A DNA stretch of 63,940 bases, filler included, from Phoronis australis (lineage: Eukaryota; Animalia; Phoronida): the NCBI GenBank assembly GCA_002633005.1. It is 8 parts of 8 records of this genome, joined end to end, with 100 filler letters (N's around TTAATTAATTAA, not from the genome) between each part and the next. Parts side by side here need not be neighbours in the genome. Positions count along the whole stretch, not along the records: positions 15,537 to 39,601 come from NMRA01001364.1; 7 more parts are not named here. One strand, given 5' to 3'. Positions 24,854-35,600 of this stretch are shown here, piece by piece; the stretch's first letter is position 1, and each line of letters starts with the position of its first letter. The translations under genes and the position numbers were made by a program. A model generated the notes under the pieces. The model saw only the letters and a list, made by a program, of their open reading frames with translations. It made no database searches and was not told the DNA's origin.

Positions 24854-25263
24854 ATTATGGCCATTGATGCACTGCTCGCATCTTGGGGGATATGATGGTT
24901 GGTATATCGCCTAGGATGCAACCAGTGAAAAAATGGCCAGTTGACGATTTGGGCACAACTGAACGGATGACCGCTCAAAAACCTTGATTGCAGGGGAATT
25001 TAATCGTGCTTGGAAGACTTTTAAATTGACATCAACGGCCTCATAAGGACCTATGGTGTCCCTCTATGTGTAAAAATTACTTATAGCAACGTAATTTTGA
25101 GGGTTTGATCAGTGAGAGACATAATTCACCGAAAAGCTTCCGGTGTATGGAAGGCCGGGCCACCGTCTCTGCGCCCAGCTTTGAGGGTAGAACTGTCTCA
25201 CAGGCTACGTGAGCAGGTAAACCACAGTGCTGACTGTTCAACACTTGTACCCAGTTTTATGAG

Positions 25264-25798
25264 TGTTGTAGATGCGCTTCTGGTGAATTATTTGAGCCTC
25301 TGTTAGCTACTCGCTAATGGGTAATTGCCTATTAGTTGAATGGTTAGCACGCTTGCCGGTTTTATGGGGGTCGTTGGTTCCCCGGGACGGGTAATCTCGG
25401 CTATTACTACAAATAGCGTAATCGGCAAACGGACGATCTACCGATGAAGCACTGCCAACTAGTACCCACGGACCTCGGGACGGCGCGCGTAGAAGGTACC
25501 AGGAGTCAAGGACCTGTATGAGAGACTACCTTGTGTTCACCAGTGTTGTGGTGGTAAAGGTACCAAGGGACGTTGATGACCTGTATGCGAGACATCCTGG
25601 TGTTCACCTTCCTGGTCGCGTGCCCGTTCCGTAGGGAAGGGGGTTACGTTGTAGATGTGCTTCCGGTGAATTATATGAGCCTCTGTTAGCTACTCGCTAA
25701 TGGGCAACTGCCTATTAGCTGAATGGTTAGCACGTTTACCGCTTTTATGGGGGTCGCTGGTTCGATCCCCGGGTCGGGAAATCTCGGCTATTACTACA
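25264..25798 (+). mobile_element. Complete TRIM with tRNA-like LTRs (Helenus-type)
   Basis: LTR1 25264-25411, LTR2 25647-25798; 4-bp TSD TGAG (25260-25263, 25799-25802); PBS-like TAGCGTAATCGGCA 25414-25427; PPT AGGGAAGGGGG 25633-25643; Pol III A box TAGCTGAATGG (25716-25726) and B box GGTTCGATCC (25759-25768) in LTR2; no ORF. Confidence 0.88.
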
Positions 25799-25989
25799 TG
25801 AGCGAAAAACGAAATGGTGGAAGCGGCTGAGATATTGAGGGAACAAGTATGAAGTTAGAATTAGAATATATATTTGAAAGAGGAAAGCACCCATTCCATT
25901 CAATTTCAATAACAACATGAATCCGAATCACGAATGCGATTATGGATCAGCAAATCCCATCACTGGCAGACATCGACAAGCCTACTTAC

Positions 25990-26080
25990 CAGATGCTGAA
26001 AACGAGGAAAAAAATAACAACAGGGATATCAGAAGCGTTCCCATGTTTCTTTCTTCTCTGTTATCCATTTGTCTAGACAT
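25990..26080 (-). other. Candidate first coding exon (signal-peptide-like) of an unidentified gene
   Basis: MSRQMDNREERNMGTLLISLLLFFSSFSAS then a phase-1 consensus donor G|GTAAGT; YY1-like CGCCAT just upstream (26099-26094). Confidence 0.4.
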
Positions 26081-26851
26081 CGCAATTTGCAATATGGCGA
26101 ATCTCTAAATCTGTCTGGGATAGCAGGCGGGCATGAAACGGTCACAGCGGCCTCATACTCGCTCCCTTTCAACTGATTCTTCATACATTACAGCTCTAGT
26201 GTTTGTTGAGACCAAAGGACGAAAATCGCCCACCAATGGGACGATTTCTAAGGAGAAATCGATCTTTTAACAGACATGGTATCCTTCAAGTCACACACGT
26301 CCGACGCCAAATTACACCAGACAGTTCAGTCTGGAACTAAACATGTTTATTTGTTCGGGGGATTCACCAAAGACATTTTGACTTATTCCCACTTTTCTAG
26401 AACATGCAATTCACCTTTAACTAGAAGGTACGGGAAATTCAATTATTAGGAAAAATAAACGAATAAAATCAGAGATAATATAAAGAATATTGTCATCATT
26501 CAGCAGTCATATCAAATGCACTTCCCCCACATCAAATATGTGGTTCCGTCTAAGTTTGACCTAATTCAGAAAGTGCGACCCATATTTTTGTGATACAGCG
26601 CGTGTGGCGATAAAAGTTTGTACTATTTATGAACGAAGCAGTGAGTAACAAAGACGTAGCTTAGTAATAATCTTTATTTAAGAGTCGGTAATGTTTAACA
26701 ATGAAACATTAGCACAAGTGCTATAATCCGACAATATCAAAAAGTACAAAAACTTAAACTACATGCTAATTATACAAGTGCAGTTAAAAGACATAACTTT
26801 TAACATAAATACAAAAGAACATAGGTGTTACGGGCATTGTAGACGTGTAAA

Positions 26852-26935
26852 GCAGTTCTCACATCAGCAGTTCTCACAACAGCAGTTCTCACAACAGCAG
26901 TTCTCAACAGCAGTTCTCACAACAGCAGTTCACAG
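26852..26935. repeat. ~15-bp minisatellite
   Basis: Unit acagcagttctcaca, 5-6 copies. Confidence 0.85.
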
Positions 26936-27324
26936 AGAAAAAACTCAGCAAGTGTAGCAAATTCCCTTAAGGCAGTAAAATTCTCTCATCAGTTGCCGAT
27001 GGCAATGTGTTCTGTAGCAATTGAAAGTCCCCTGATTGGCTGAGATTAAGTTACACCCGTAAGTCAAAACGTTTTCACATCCGAAATAACTAATTACTAC
27101 TCCATTGTTTTCACTGTTTATCAAATTCAAGCTCCAACTCCTTTACCTCAATAACGATCAAAACATAGGTTATGGACCACTACAACAGTCGCAGGGCAAC
27201 CCGCGGCTTAAATCATGTCGTGGGAAAACGGGATATTATAAAATAATGTCATGGGAAAACGTAATATTTTAAATAGAAGTGACAAGGGTTTCTTCCGGCA
27301 GTGAATGGTTTGCTGCAGTGAGCT

Positions 27325-27972
27325 CAGAGGCGGATCTACGGGGGTTCAATCCCCCCCCTCACGGCTCGGGATCCAAAATATAAAAAATGTCGCCAGGCGG
27401 AAAACGAAATCAACTATTAAAAAACAACAAAAAAATCTTACACAGGAGGAGGAAAACACCCTCCCGACCATCCCTCAGTCCGCCCCGGCGGCGCTATGCG
27501 CCTCGGATTCGCGCGAATGATCCTAACCCCCCCCNNNNNNNNNNNNNNNNNNNNNNNNNNNNNNNNNNNNNNNNNNNNNNNNNNNNNNNNNNNNNNNNNN
27601 NNNNNNNNNNNNNNNNNNNNNNNNNNNNNNNNNNNNNNNNNNNNNNNNNNNNNNNNNNNNNNNNNNNNNNNNNNNNNNNNNNNNNNNNNNNNNNNNNNNN
27701 NNNNNNNNNNNNNNNNNNNNNNNNNNNNNNNNNNNNNNNNNNNNNNNNNNNNNNNNNNNNNNNNNNNNNNNNNNNNNNNNNNNNNNNNNNNNNNNNNNNN
27801 NNNNNNNNNNNNNNNNNNNNNNNNNNTAGCCCTCCGATAGAATTCGGGAGCACCAGGTCCTCATCGCCAGCCCCAGCAACTTTCGGGCCGCCTGTGCATA
27901 CGATCACGCTTTGCCCAATTCTCCGAGGCAACATGTTGGGGTCCCCCATATGGTATCATAGATCCGCCACTG
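27325..27972. mobile_element. MITE (CAGNGGCGGATC TIR family)
   Basis: cagaggcggatcta...tagatccgccactg spanning an N gap; related ends at about 4818-4832, 29681-29832 and 53564. Confidence 0.7.
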
Positions 27973-29680
27973 GCTGTGGTTACGTTTGACAATGGGTGAA
28001 TTGTCTATTTTTAGATAAACTATAGGGGTCTAAGATATGTTTCAAAACGTAAAGATGTGCTTTACTTTATTGATTTACTGTTTACAAGATGCACATTTAT
28101 TGGAATCTGAAAAAACCTAATTAGACCAATGTGAAGGAATGATGCGGAGGTAGTAGTTAAATGGGGAATCTGTATACTGTTTAATAACAATTTCGAATTC
28201 GAAGTAATTGGTGAAAAGCGAGATCAAAATTTGTAATTTTCTCTTGTTGAATATTTTTACTGAAAAAAAATAAAATTTCTCTAATTAACCTTTACGGCGT
28301 TATTCTGATGAACCTGGCTTTTTTAATTAGAGGTTACCTGTCTAGTATTGACACTAACTTTGCTACACTATGTGGTGATTGGAAATTAGTCCAAGACTTT
28401 GAAAAAGGTTGTTTCTCATATTTGCGTTTAAGTAATGCAAACGCAAGAAAATAAGTTCCTAGCATTTACTTACTTGGAGGAAGACGGGTCCAGTCAAAAA
28501 AACTCGACTTGACTTTTTCTTGTAACAGACGAAATGTCCAACATTATTGTGGAACAGGCCAAAATGAATCCTGGATATAGGACCGACCATTCTTCCGTTA
28601 CACTGGAACTAGAGGTGCGGGCATTGGCGATTTAATAACTCCCTGCTTAAAGATGCGCAGTGTGTAGGATTGCGCTGCTTTTCCTTGCAATAGAAGCAGA
28701 TTTGTTTTTAAGTTTAGAGGACTCTGTTTCTTAAAATGCTTTTCCTCAACACTCGTAGTCAAACAGTCGAATTCCGTTTGAAAAAAGGGAGACACTGAGG
28801 ATTGAATTAAAAATTTAGTAACGAAAATTAGTTTTAGTACTTTTTAATATAATACAAAGCAATCACTCCAGCCCTGTGTTTGTGAAAAAAAAATGTTTGA
28901 CGAAATGTATGAATAGCTGCAAGGTCTCAGAGCGTGGTGGACTTAAGATTAGGGAAAAACCATCAAAATATTTTTCTAATCTTGAAAAGAGAAATATTAT
29001 CAATAACAATATTACCAAATTAGTTTTGCCCCATGAAGTAAAAACAAGTGATGTGGAGAGCTCTATGAATAATGCACCAATGTCAGTAACTGAAACTTTA
29101 CAGTAGTAAAGCGCATGAGAAACAATAAATCGGCTTCACAGCTGAATTTTACAAATGTCATTGGTATGATATTTCCGTGTTTTAGATTCTTGTAAATGTT
29201 ACTGATGATGAATAAATGTATGGAAAAAATACAAATATTATTCATGGTTAGGGCCGTATTCTGTTTTTAGACTTTTTGAAAGCATAATTTTTATGATACT
29301 ATGAAATGGCACTTTATTTTCAAGCATTAAATGCTTTCAATTTTGGACACGTTTTTACACGATGGGTATTGATAATTTATATTAAACCAAAATAATTTGG
29401 TCAGCAATGGTTTCAATCCATATTATTTTCCCACAGAAAGGGACGTGAGACAGAATGATTCCATGTCAGGTTCATTTATTTGCTTAGCCGTTGAAGTTCT
29501 GGTCATTTACATACGAAATTATTTGGCGTATATTGCTAGCTGTATGAAGGATTATACCTAGGTCGAGAAAAAAAGGCTTCAAATGGATTGGCAAATCAAT
29601 CAAGAGCTTATATATCTTTGAGTAATAATAAGCAAGGGAATGATTTCTTAAATTTTGAAATTACAAGTGAATAAACAAGT

Positions 29681-29832
29681 CAGGGGCGGATCCAGGACTT
29701 TGAGTTGGGGGGCAGGGCAGAGAACTAGCCACGATTTTGCCCGTGAGACATTCGCACTCCCGAACTGCAAAATGGAATCAGGAGAATTTTGGGGGAGCAT
29801 GGGCCCCTTGACCCCCTCTAAATCCGCCACTG
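29681..29832. mobile_element. 152-bp MITE with 5-bp TSD
   Basis: caggggcggatcc...aaatccgccactg flanked by CAAGT on both sides. Confidence 0.8.
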
Positions 29833-30161
29833 CAAGTTTCTCGTTATCTGCCGCTTAAAGACATTTATAGTTCTTTGCTAAGCAGGATTAGTTTTGTCAA
29901 AACGTTTGCACTTTCTAACATAGTGATTAATTTTGAAATGGACAAATCAAATAGAACGAAAATAAACGCTATAATGAATATTGTTTGGTACGATAAACCG
30001 CTCAGAATTAGAAAAAAAATGTGACTGTAAATTCTCATGAAAATGAAGTTTTTTTAGTTCCTGGTGTGAAGATTGTGCTCAAGTCACTAGTAAAATGGGT
30101 TAATCGCTGCTTGGATGGAAACAATCCAGTTTTTACGTGTTTCCTAATCACGTTTTCAGAA

Positions 30162-30290
30162 CATGGGCGGCGCACCATAGGGGACTATAGCCCCCCACCT
30201 TTTACAGTGCTCCGGCGCCCATGGTCTATGGGCGGTGCACCACAGAGGTCTGGGGGTATAGCCCCCCTTTTCCAGTGCTGCGCCGCCCAT
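30162..30290. mobile_element. MITE with TIR catgggcggcgca
   Basis: catgggcggcgca...tgcgccgcccatg; related inverted fragment at about 62122-62220. Confidence 0.75.
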
Positions 30291-32518
30291 GCATATGGGG
30301 GGCTAGTCTGATCTTTAAAGTTATAGTAAGTTGTCTTCCTTTACCATATCTTGATTGCTGAGGAAGAAATTATTGACTGTTTACATGAAGACATCGTTGA
30401 CTGCTTACATCAAGGCAAAACAACTGAAAATCAAATACATGTAGTGTGGAATAACAAAAATATTTTGATGGGTGTGGAGATTGTGTAAATCAACAGTTTT
30501 TATGAGGCAGGCATCATTTTTATGAAGGGCGTTTTAGATCTTGAAAACAAGTTCTTGACCAGGGCATATAGAAAGAAAGATATACATGTAAGCTTCTAAA
30601 CTTTTAATCATGCTAACTGTTAATCTTGCTGCTTGAAGACGTGCAATAAAGATGAAAATGAGTCTTCCAGATCAAAGTGCATAATCTCTTTCCACTTAAA
30701 CAAAATAACTACTCTGTTTTTAGAAACATTTTTCTTATCAAAATTGTTTTACTTTCGGGTACAGAATACGGCTTGATAGATATTCAAAATTGCAGTCTAA
30801 AATATTCGCCTTAATGGTTCTTCTGTGTTTGATTGTATTTTTCAAAAACAAAATATTCGTTATAACGGTGAAACTGGTTAAATAAGAAGCCAGAGCACTA
30901 CGTACGTGAAAGTCCTCCGTCTACGACGCGGCTGACGTCAACTGGCGTTAGGAACATCAGATGCATCAGTGACTAACCATTATCAATGATCAAACCATTA
31001 GTTCGGTACTACGTGTACGGATGACCAACGGATGACCAACGGATGACCAATGAAAAAAAATCCAGGTGATGTATAGTTCCACAAATACTAGGCTTGTATG
31101 ATAGAAATATTTTTTATGTTGTAAAACAATTTAAGTGAAATAAAATCAAAATAACGACAAAAAGGGGCGAGAAAAGAAGAAATCAAATAACAGAAAATCG
31201 AAACCAAAAAGAGGAAATCCTGAGGAGCGTTTCAAGCCTTGTAGGTGGGGCGCTATAGTAGAAAGCTGATTGTCAAACACAAACTTGCGTGTTCGAAAGA
31301 TGCGGTGCCGGGTATTTGCTCACTCAGTACATGTGAAAAACAAAGAAATAACCGAAAACACCGACTTAATTTATTTATTTTCTTTAATGCAAACTGTACA
31401 GACAACAATTTTTGAAGAAATAAATACACGTGAAACGCAACTAACACCACATTAGCGGCAATAAACCTGCATTCCGTCGAAGACATTATTGATTTACACA
31501 AGCTTACCGCTATAAAATCGGCGTAAGCTTGCTCAAATGAGAAGTAATGTTTTACCTTGCAAACAAGTGACAGTTCGTCATTGCTCGCAAACGTGATGGG
31601 GGACTAAAATGACAAGCCGTGAAGTCAACCTGAAGAAGCCTGTCTCAAGCAATAACCAACTGCAAGTTATTTCAAAGCCCTGGCTTCATATCTCTTTTAA
31701 CTAAGGAGCAGTTTGGGACTGACGTCATAACTGTAACTGGCCTAAATCAATCACTGGATTCTGTGACGGGAGACCGATTTATATCCGCTTGAGCAGTGAC
31801 GAAAGTTCTCAAACTTTCTCCGTTTCCGTGGTCGCACAACCTGGTAAGCCAACCGCGTGCGGCACCCGCCAAATTTAAAGTACAGAGTTAAAACTGCGGT
31901 CTAACAACCCAATCCTTTTTACATGCGAAGGAGAACAGAAATTGTTCTTTAATACCAGAATACAATTTCTAAAACCATTACTAGGACAACCAGGCAAACA
32001 CATATTAAGTTGATGAACTGAAAAGGGGTGATATATTTACATATCCAGAGTCACAAATGAAAGAACACTTCACAATTGGGATGATGCCTGTCCCAACTTA
32101 AAGACTTAATAGGAATTTCTTTGAACTCTCTAGTGGACTGCTCTGCCAGACAGGTCACAAACATTTGGTCTTCCATAATAAAGGTGTTAACTTCAGTTAA
32201 ATCTTTGTTTTAAATATGTTTTGTCACTACAACGTTTACCTGACTTGTTTACTGAAACTAAATATTCTTGCTAAATCAAAAAATTAATGAGTATCACAGT
32301 CACTATAAAAATTAAACAAAAAAAGATTTCACAAAGATTGTGTTAGCGGCAAGACCACGTGGTTAACTGTGTGAAGAGAACCCTGGATTGTAAAACTGTC
32401 AAACTAAATCATTTACTTGAAAAAATACAGAATTCTCTAAACATTTGTATTAAACAAAAATCATTTGAAATATTAGGTTTATTTACAAACAAAGTAAGAT
32501 GCACACATTTGCCAAAGT

Positions 32519-32629
32519 CTAAGACCAAATTCTGACAGTCATGTCACTACTGCATGAGACCAAAAACTCGCCATTTCGGTCAAACACGCTGGCCTGCACA
32601 GCGTCTTCATGACCAATCAACTCCTTGAT
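32519..32629 (-). CDS. SPAG16: SPAG16 terminal exon
   Basis: IKELIGHEDAVQASVFDRNGEFLVSCSSDMTVRIWS*. Confidence 0.95.
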   Translation of the reverse strand: MKELIGHEDAVQASVFDRNGEFLVSCSSDMTVRIWS

Positions 32630-35600
32630 CTGAAAACATTATGAAGAAATGAGTAAGCTGGTTGTTCTCAACAGGTGTGTTCAACATAAACAGTAAGCTG
32701 GTTGTTCTTAACAGGTGTGTTCAACATAAACAGTAAGCTGGTTGTTCTCAACAGGTGTGTTCAACATAAACAGTAAGCTGGTTGTTCTTAACAGGTATGT
32801 TCAACATAAACAGTAAGCTGGTTGTTCTCAACAGGTATGTTCAACATAAACAGTAAGTTGGTTATTCTCAAGACATATATGTTCAACAGAAACAGCTCAT
32901 TTTTGTATGGCTCAAGTGTTTAATGACAATTCACAATTTGTTATATCCTAAAATTTTCAAAATAACATAATTAGACAAGTAAGTCACAAATGTCATAGTT
33001 TTTTGTTTCCTAACATTTAAGAATGCAAACTTTCAATAATACTGTGCCAACATGGACAAGAGCCATGGAGAATATGTAAGTCATCGTGGGGACATGGCAT
33101 TACTAAGATAAATGGAATGAAAACCTTTCAAAATCAGCTCATTGTGATTTGAATCGCTCATCCAATGCAGAAGGCTTCTAGTATTTATATCACAGCAAAA
33201 CTAAGTACCTTCAAAAAGTTCAAGTCACTTTGTGAGGCTGCAGTCAGATGGCGTATGTGTTGTGATAGCCTACAATGAGCAGTATGACTGATGTGTGTAC
33301 AGTGAGCAGTATGACTGATGTGTGTACAGTGAGCAGTATGACTGATGTGTGTACAGTGAGCAGTATGACTGATGTGTGTACAGTGAGCAGTATGACTGAT
33401 GTGTGTACAAATAACACTGACCTGAGCATTTGCCACCTCGTATAGCTTTACTGTGGAGTCATTGTTGGAGATTGCCAGAAGCGAGCCAGAGGAGTCAAAA
33501 GCCACGTGATTGGCTGGATGAGGACCAACATCAATTGTTGTCATTGGGGCGGAAGTGCGACAATCCCAGAGTGTGACCATGCCATAGGAGTCACATGAGG
33601 CGATCGTTGTACCCTGAAAACAAGATCAAACAGAGTTCCAAAGGGTGATTGCAAAGCTCATCTAATCAACATAAAACACCAGAATTAACGAAACAGTCAC
33701 ACTTGACTCCAGGAAAATCCACATGGCATTTTTAAGGAATCCTTATTGGTCAGAAATATTGATATTTTTGTACGAGTCAGTATTCCTCATCTTATGATTA
33801 CATTTTGGAACAAAATGGAGTTCATTAACTACTATGCCTGTAACTATAAATTTTCTTTTTGTAAGCTTGATGTCATTGTAGATTGACTTGACAATTAAAA
33901 CCTCCAAGAGAGCAACCATGAACTAAAGGTGATGTCATTGTATGACTACTTTAGAGAGTGCCACATGTACCAAAATATCCATACTTACCTTGATATTAAA
34001 TGTACAGTGGTTGACGGAGTGCATGTGGCCGTAGAATGTGTGGGCACACAGACCCTGAAAGGTAATATAAACATCATGATAAAATAAGAGAAACCCACAG
34101 AAACAACCACTCACTGCCAGTAGAGCAATACCAGTTATGAGACTCTTACAATCAAATGTTTTTACCAAATTGATATCTCACACAACACACCTAGAGCAGC
34201 CCCTGTAGGGAGATGATGTAACTACTCACTGTCCTGATATCCCACATGGAGACTGTCTTATCAGCAGACGCTGTACACACAGTGTTAGAATATGGCAGGA
34301 ACTCTATAGAGTTGACGGAGTCCGCGTGACCTCGTAGTGTGTTACGGCAGCGCAGACTGGAAACATATGACAAGAGGCACCCTTATGTTTATAATCAAAT
34401 GCTTGTTTGGAAGAATAAAAGAAAAACATAAGAGATGACTTACTAACAGAATTTTATATATCACTGGCTGAATGACTTTTGATACTGTTTCATTATTCAT
34501 TACATCAATTCACTATGACTAAATGTCACTGGCTGAATGACTTTTGACGATACTGTTTCATTATTCATTACATCAATGCACTATGACTAAATATCAACGG
34601 GTGCTCCATGCATATAGCTACACAAGGATTAAACTTATTGTTTACTAATTGTGGCTGCTACAGACTTAATGCCATAGGGAAAAGTGTAAGTTGATATCTT
34701 TGGTAAACAGCTTACATTAAATCATAATACAGTTGAGTAGTGCCTCTCTACACTTTGTCTTAACTGATTGAAGCAATTGAAGACAAATCTACTGTAAGTC
34801 CTTCACCATACAAAACCAACCTCCTCAAGAAAACCAAATTGTTCAATACAAACCAAAGTGTTTAATACAAACCAAAGTGTTCAATACCAACCAAAGTGTT
34901 CAATACAAACCAAAGTGTTCAATACAAACCTGTTCAAATCCCAAATCTTTGACATATTATCCATGCTACAGGATGCCACAAAGTCACCACACGAGTGCCA
35001 GGATACGCCCCACACAGCATGGGTGTGATCCAAGAAGGTGTGTACACACTGCGCCTCTGAGAAGTCCCAGATTTTAACAGTAGTGTCGCCACTGCATGTT
35101 GCCAGCTGGCCACCACTAGAGGGAGCAATGCAAACAACGAGGTAAACTAAATTCAAGTTAATCGTATGTAAATGAAAACCTAACATGATGCTTTAATTCA
35201 CTGGATCATCAAGTCATAATGACAAGATATTTTGACAGTGGCACCAACTGACACAAGTAACAATGACAGACAAGATATTTTGACATGACACCAACTGACA
35301 CAAGTAACAATGACAGAAGTAACAATGACAGTGGCACCAACTGACACAAGTAACAATGACAGTGGCACCAACTGACACAAGTAACAATGACAGTGGCACC
35401 AACTGACACAAGTAACAATGACAGTGGCACCAACTGACACAAGTAACAATGACAGAAGTAACAATGACAGAAGTAACAATGACAGAAAACAAAACTTACT
35501 AAAATTGATAAGCTTAGTACAACAACCTCAAACTTAGGCAATTTCCCATCATAAAGAGCAATACAGGCTAAAACCATCTCCCATCTTTATACTTCAACAT

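Larger units (their letters stand above)
27990..30810 (+). mobile_element. Highly decayed L1/Tx1-like LINE ORF2
   Basis: Collinear relics TWRK..PVKKTRLDFFLV, GYRTDHS, EKPSKYFSNLEKRN, AFNFG, ERDVRQND..SG, LAVEVL with many stops and frameshifts; MITEs inserted. Confidence 0.8.

Noticed and set aside
25710-25780. Functional tRNA gene
   Set aside because: A and B boxes are present but the acceptor stem does not pair, and the sequence is part of a duplicated LTR.
35198-35577. Cys/His-rich or hydrophobic ORFs
   Set aside because: Intronic composite minisatellite within SPAG16.
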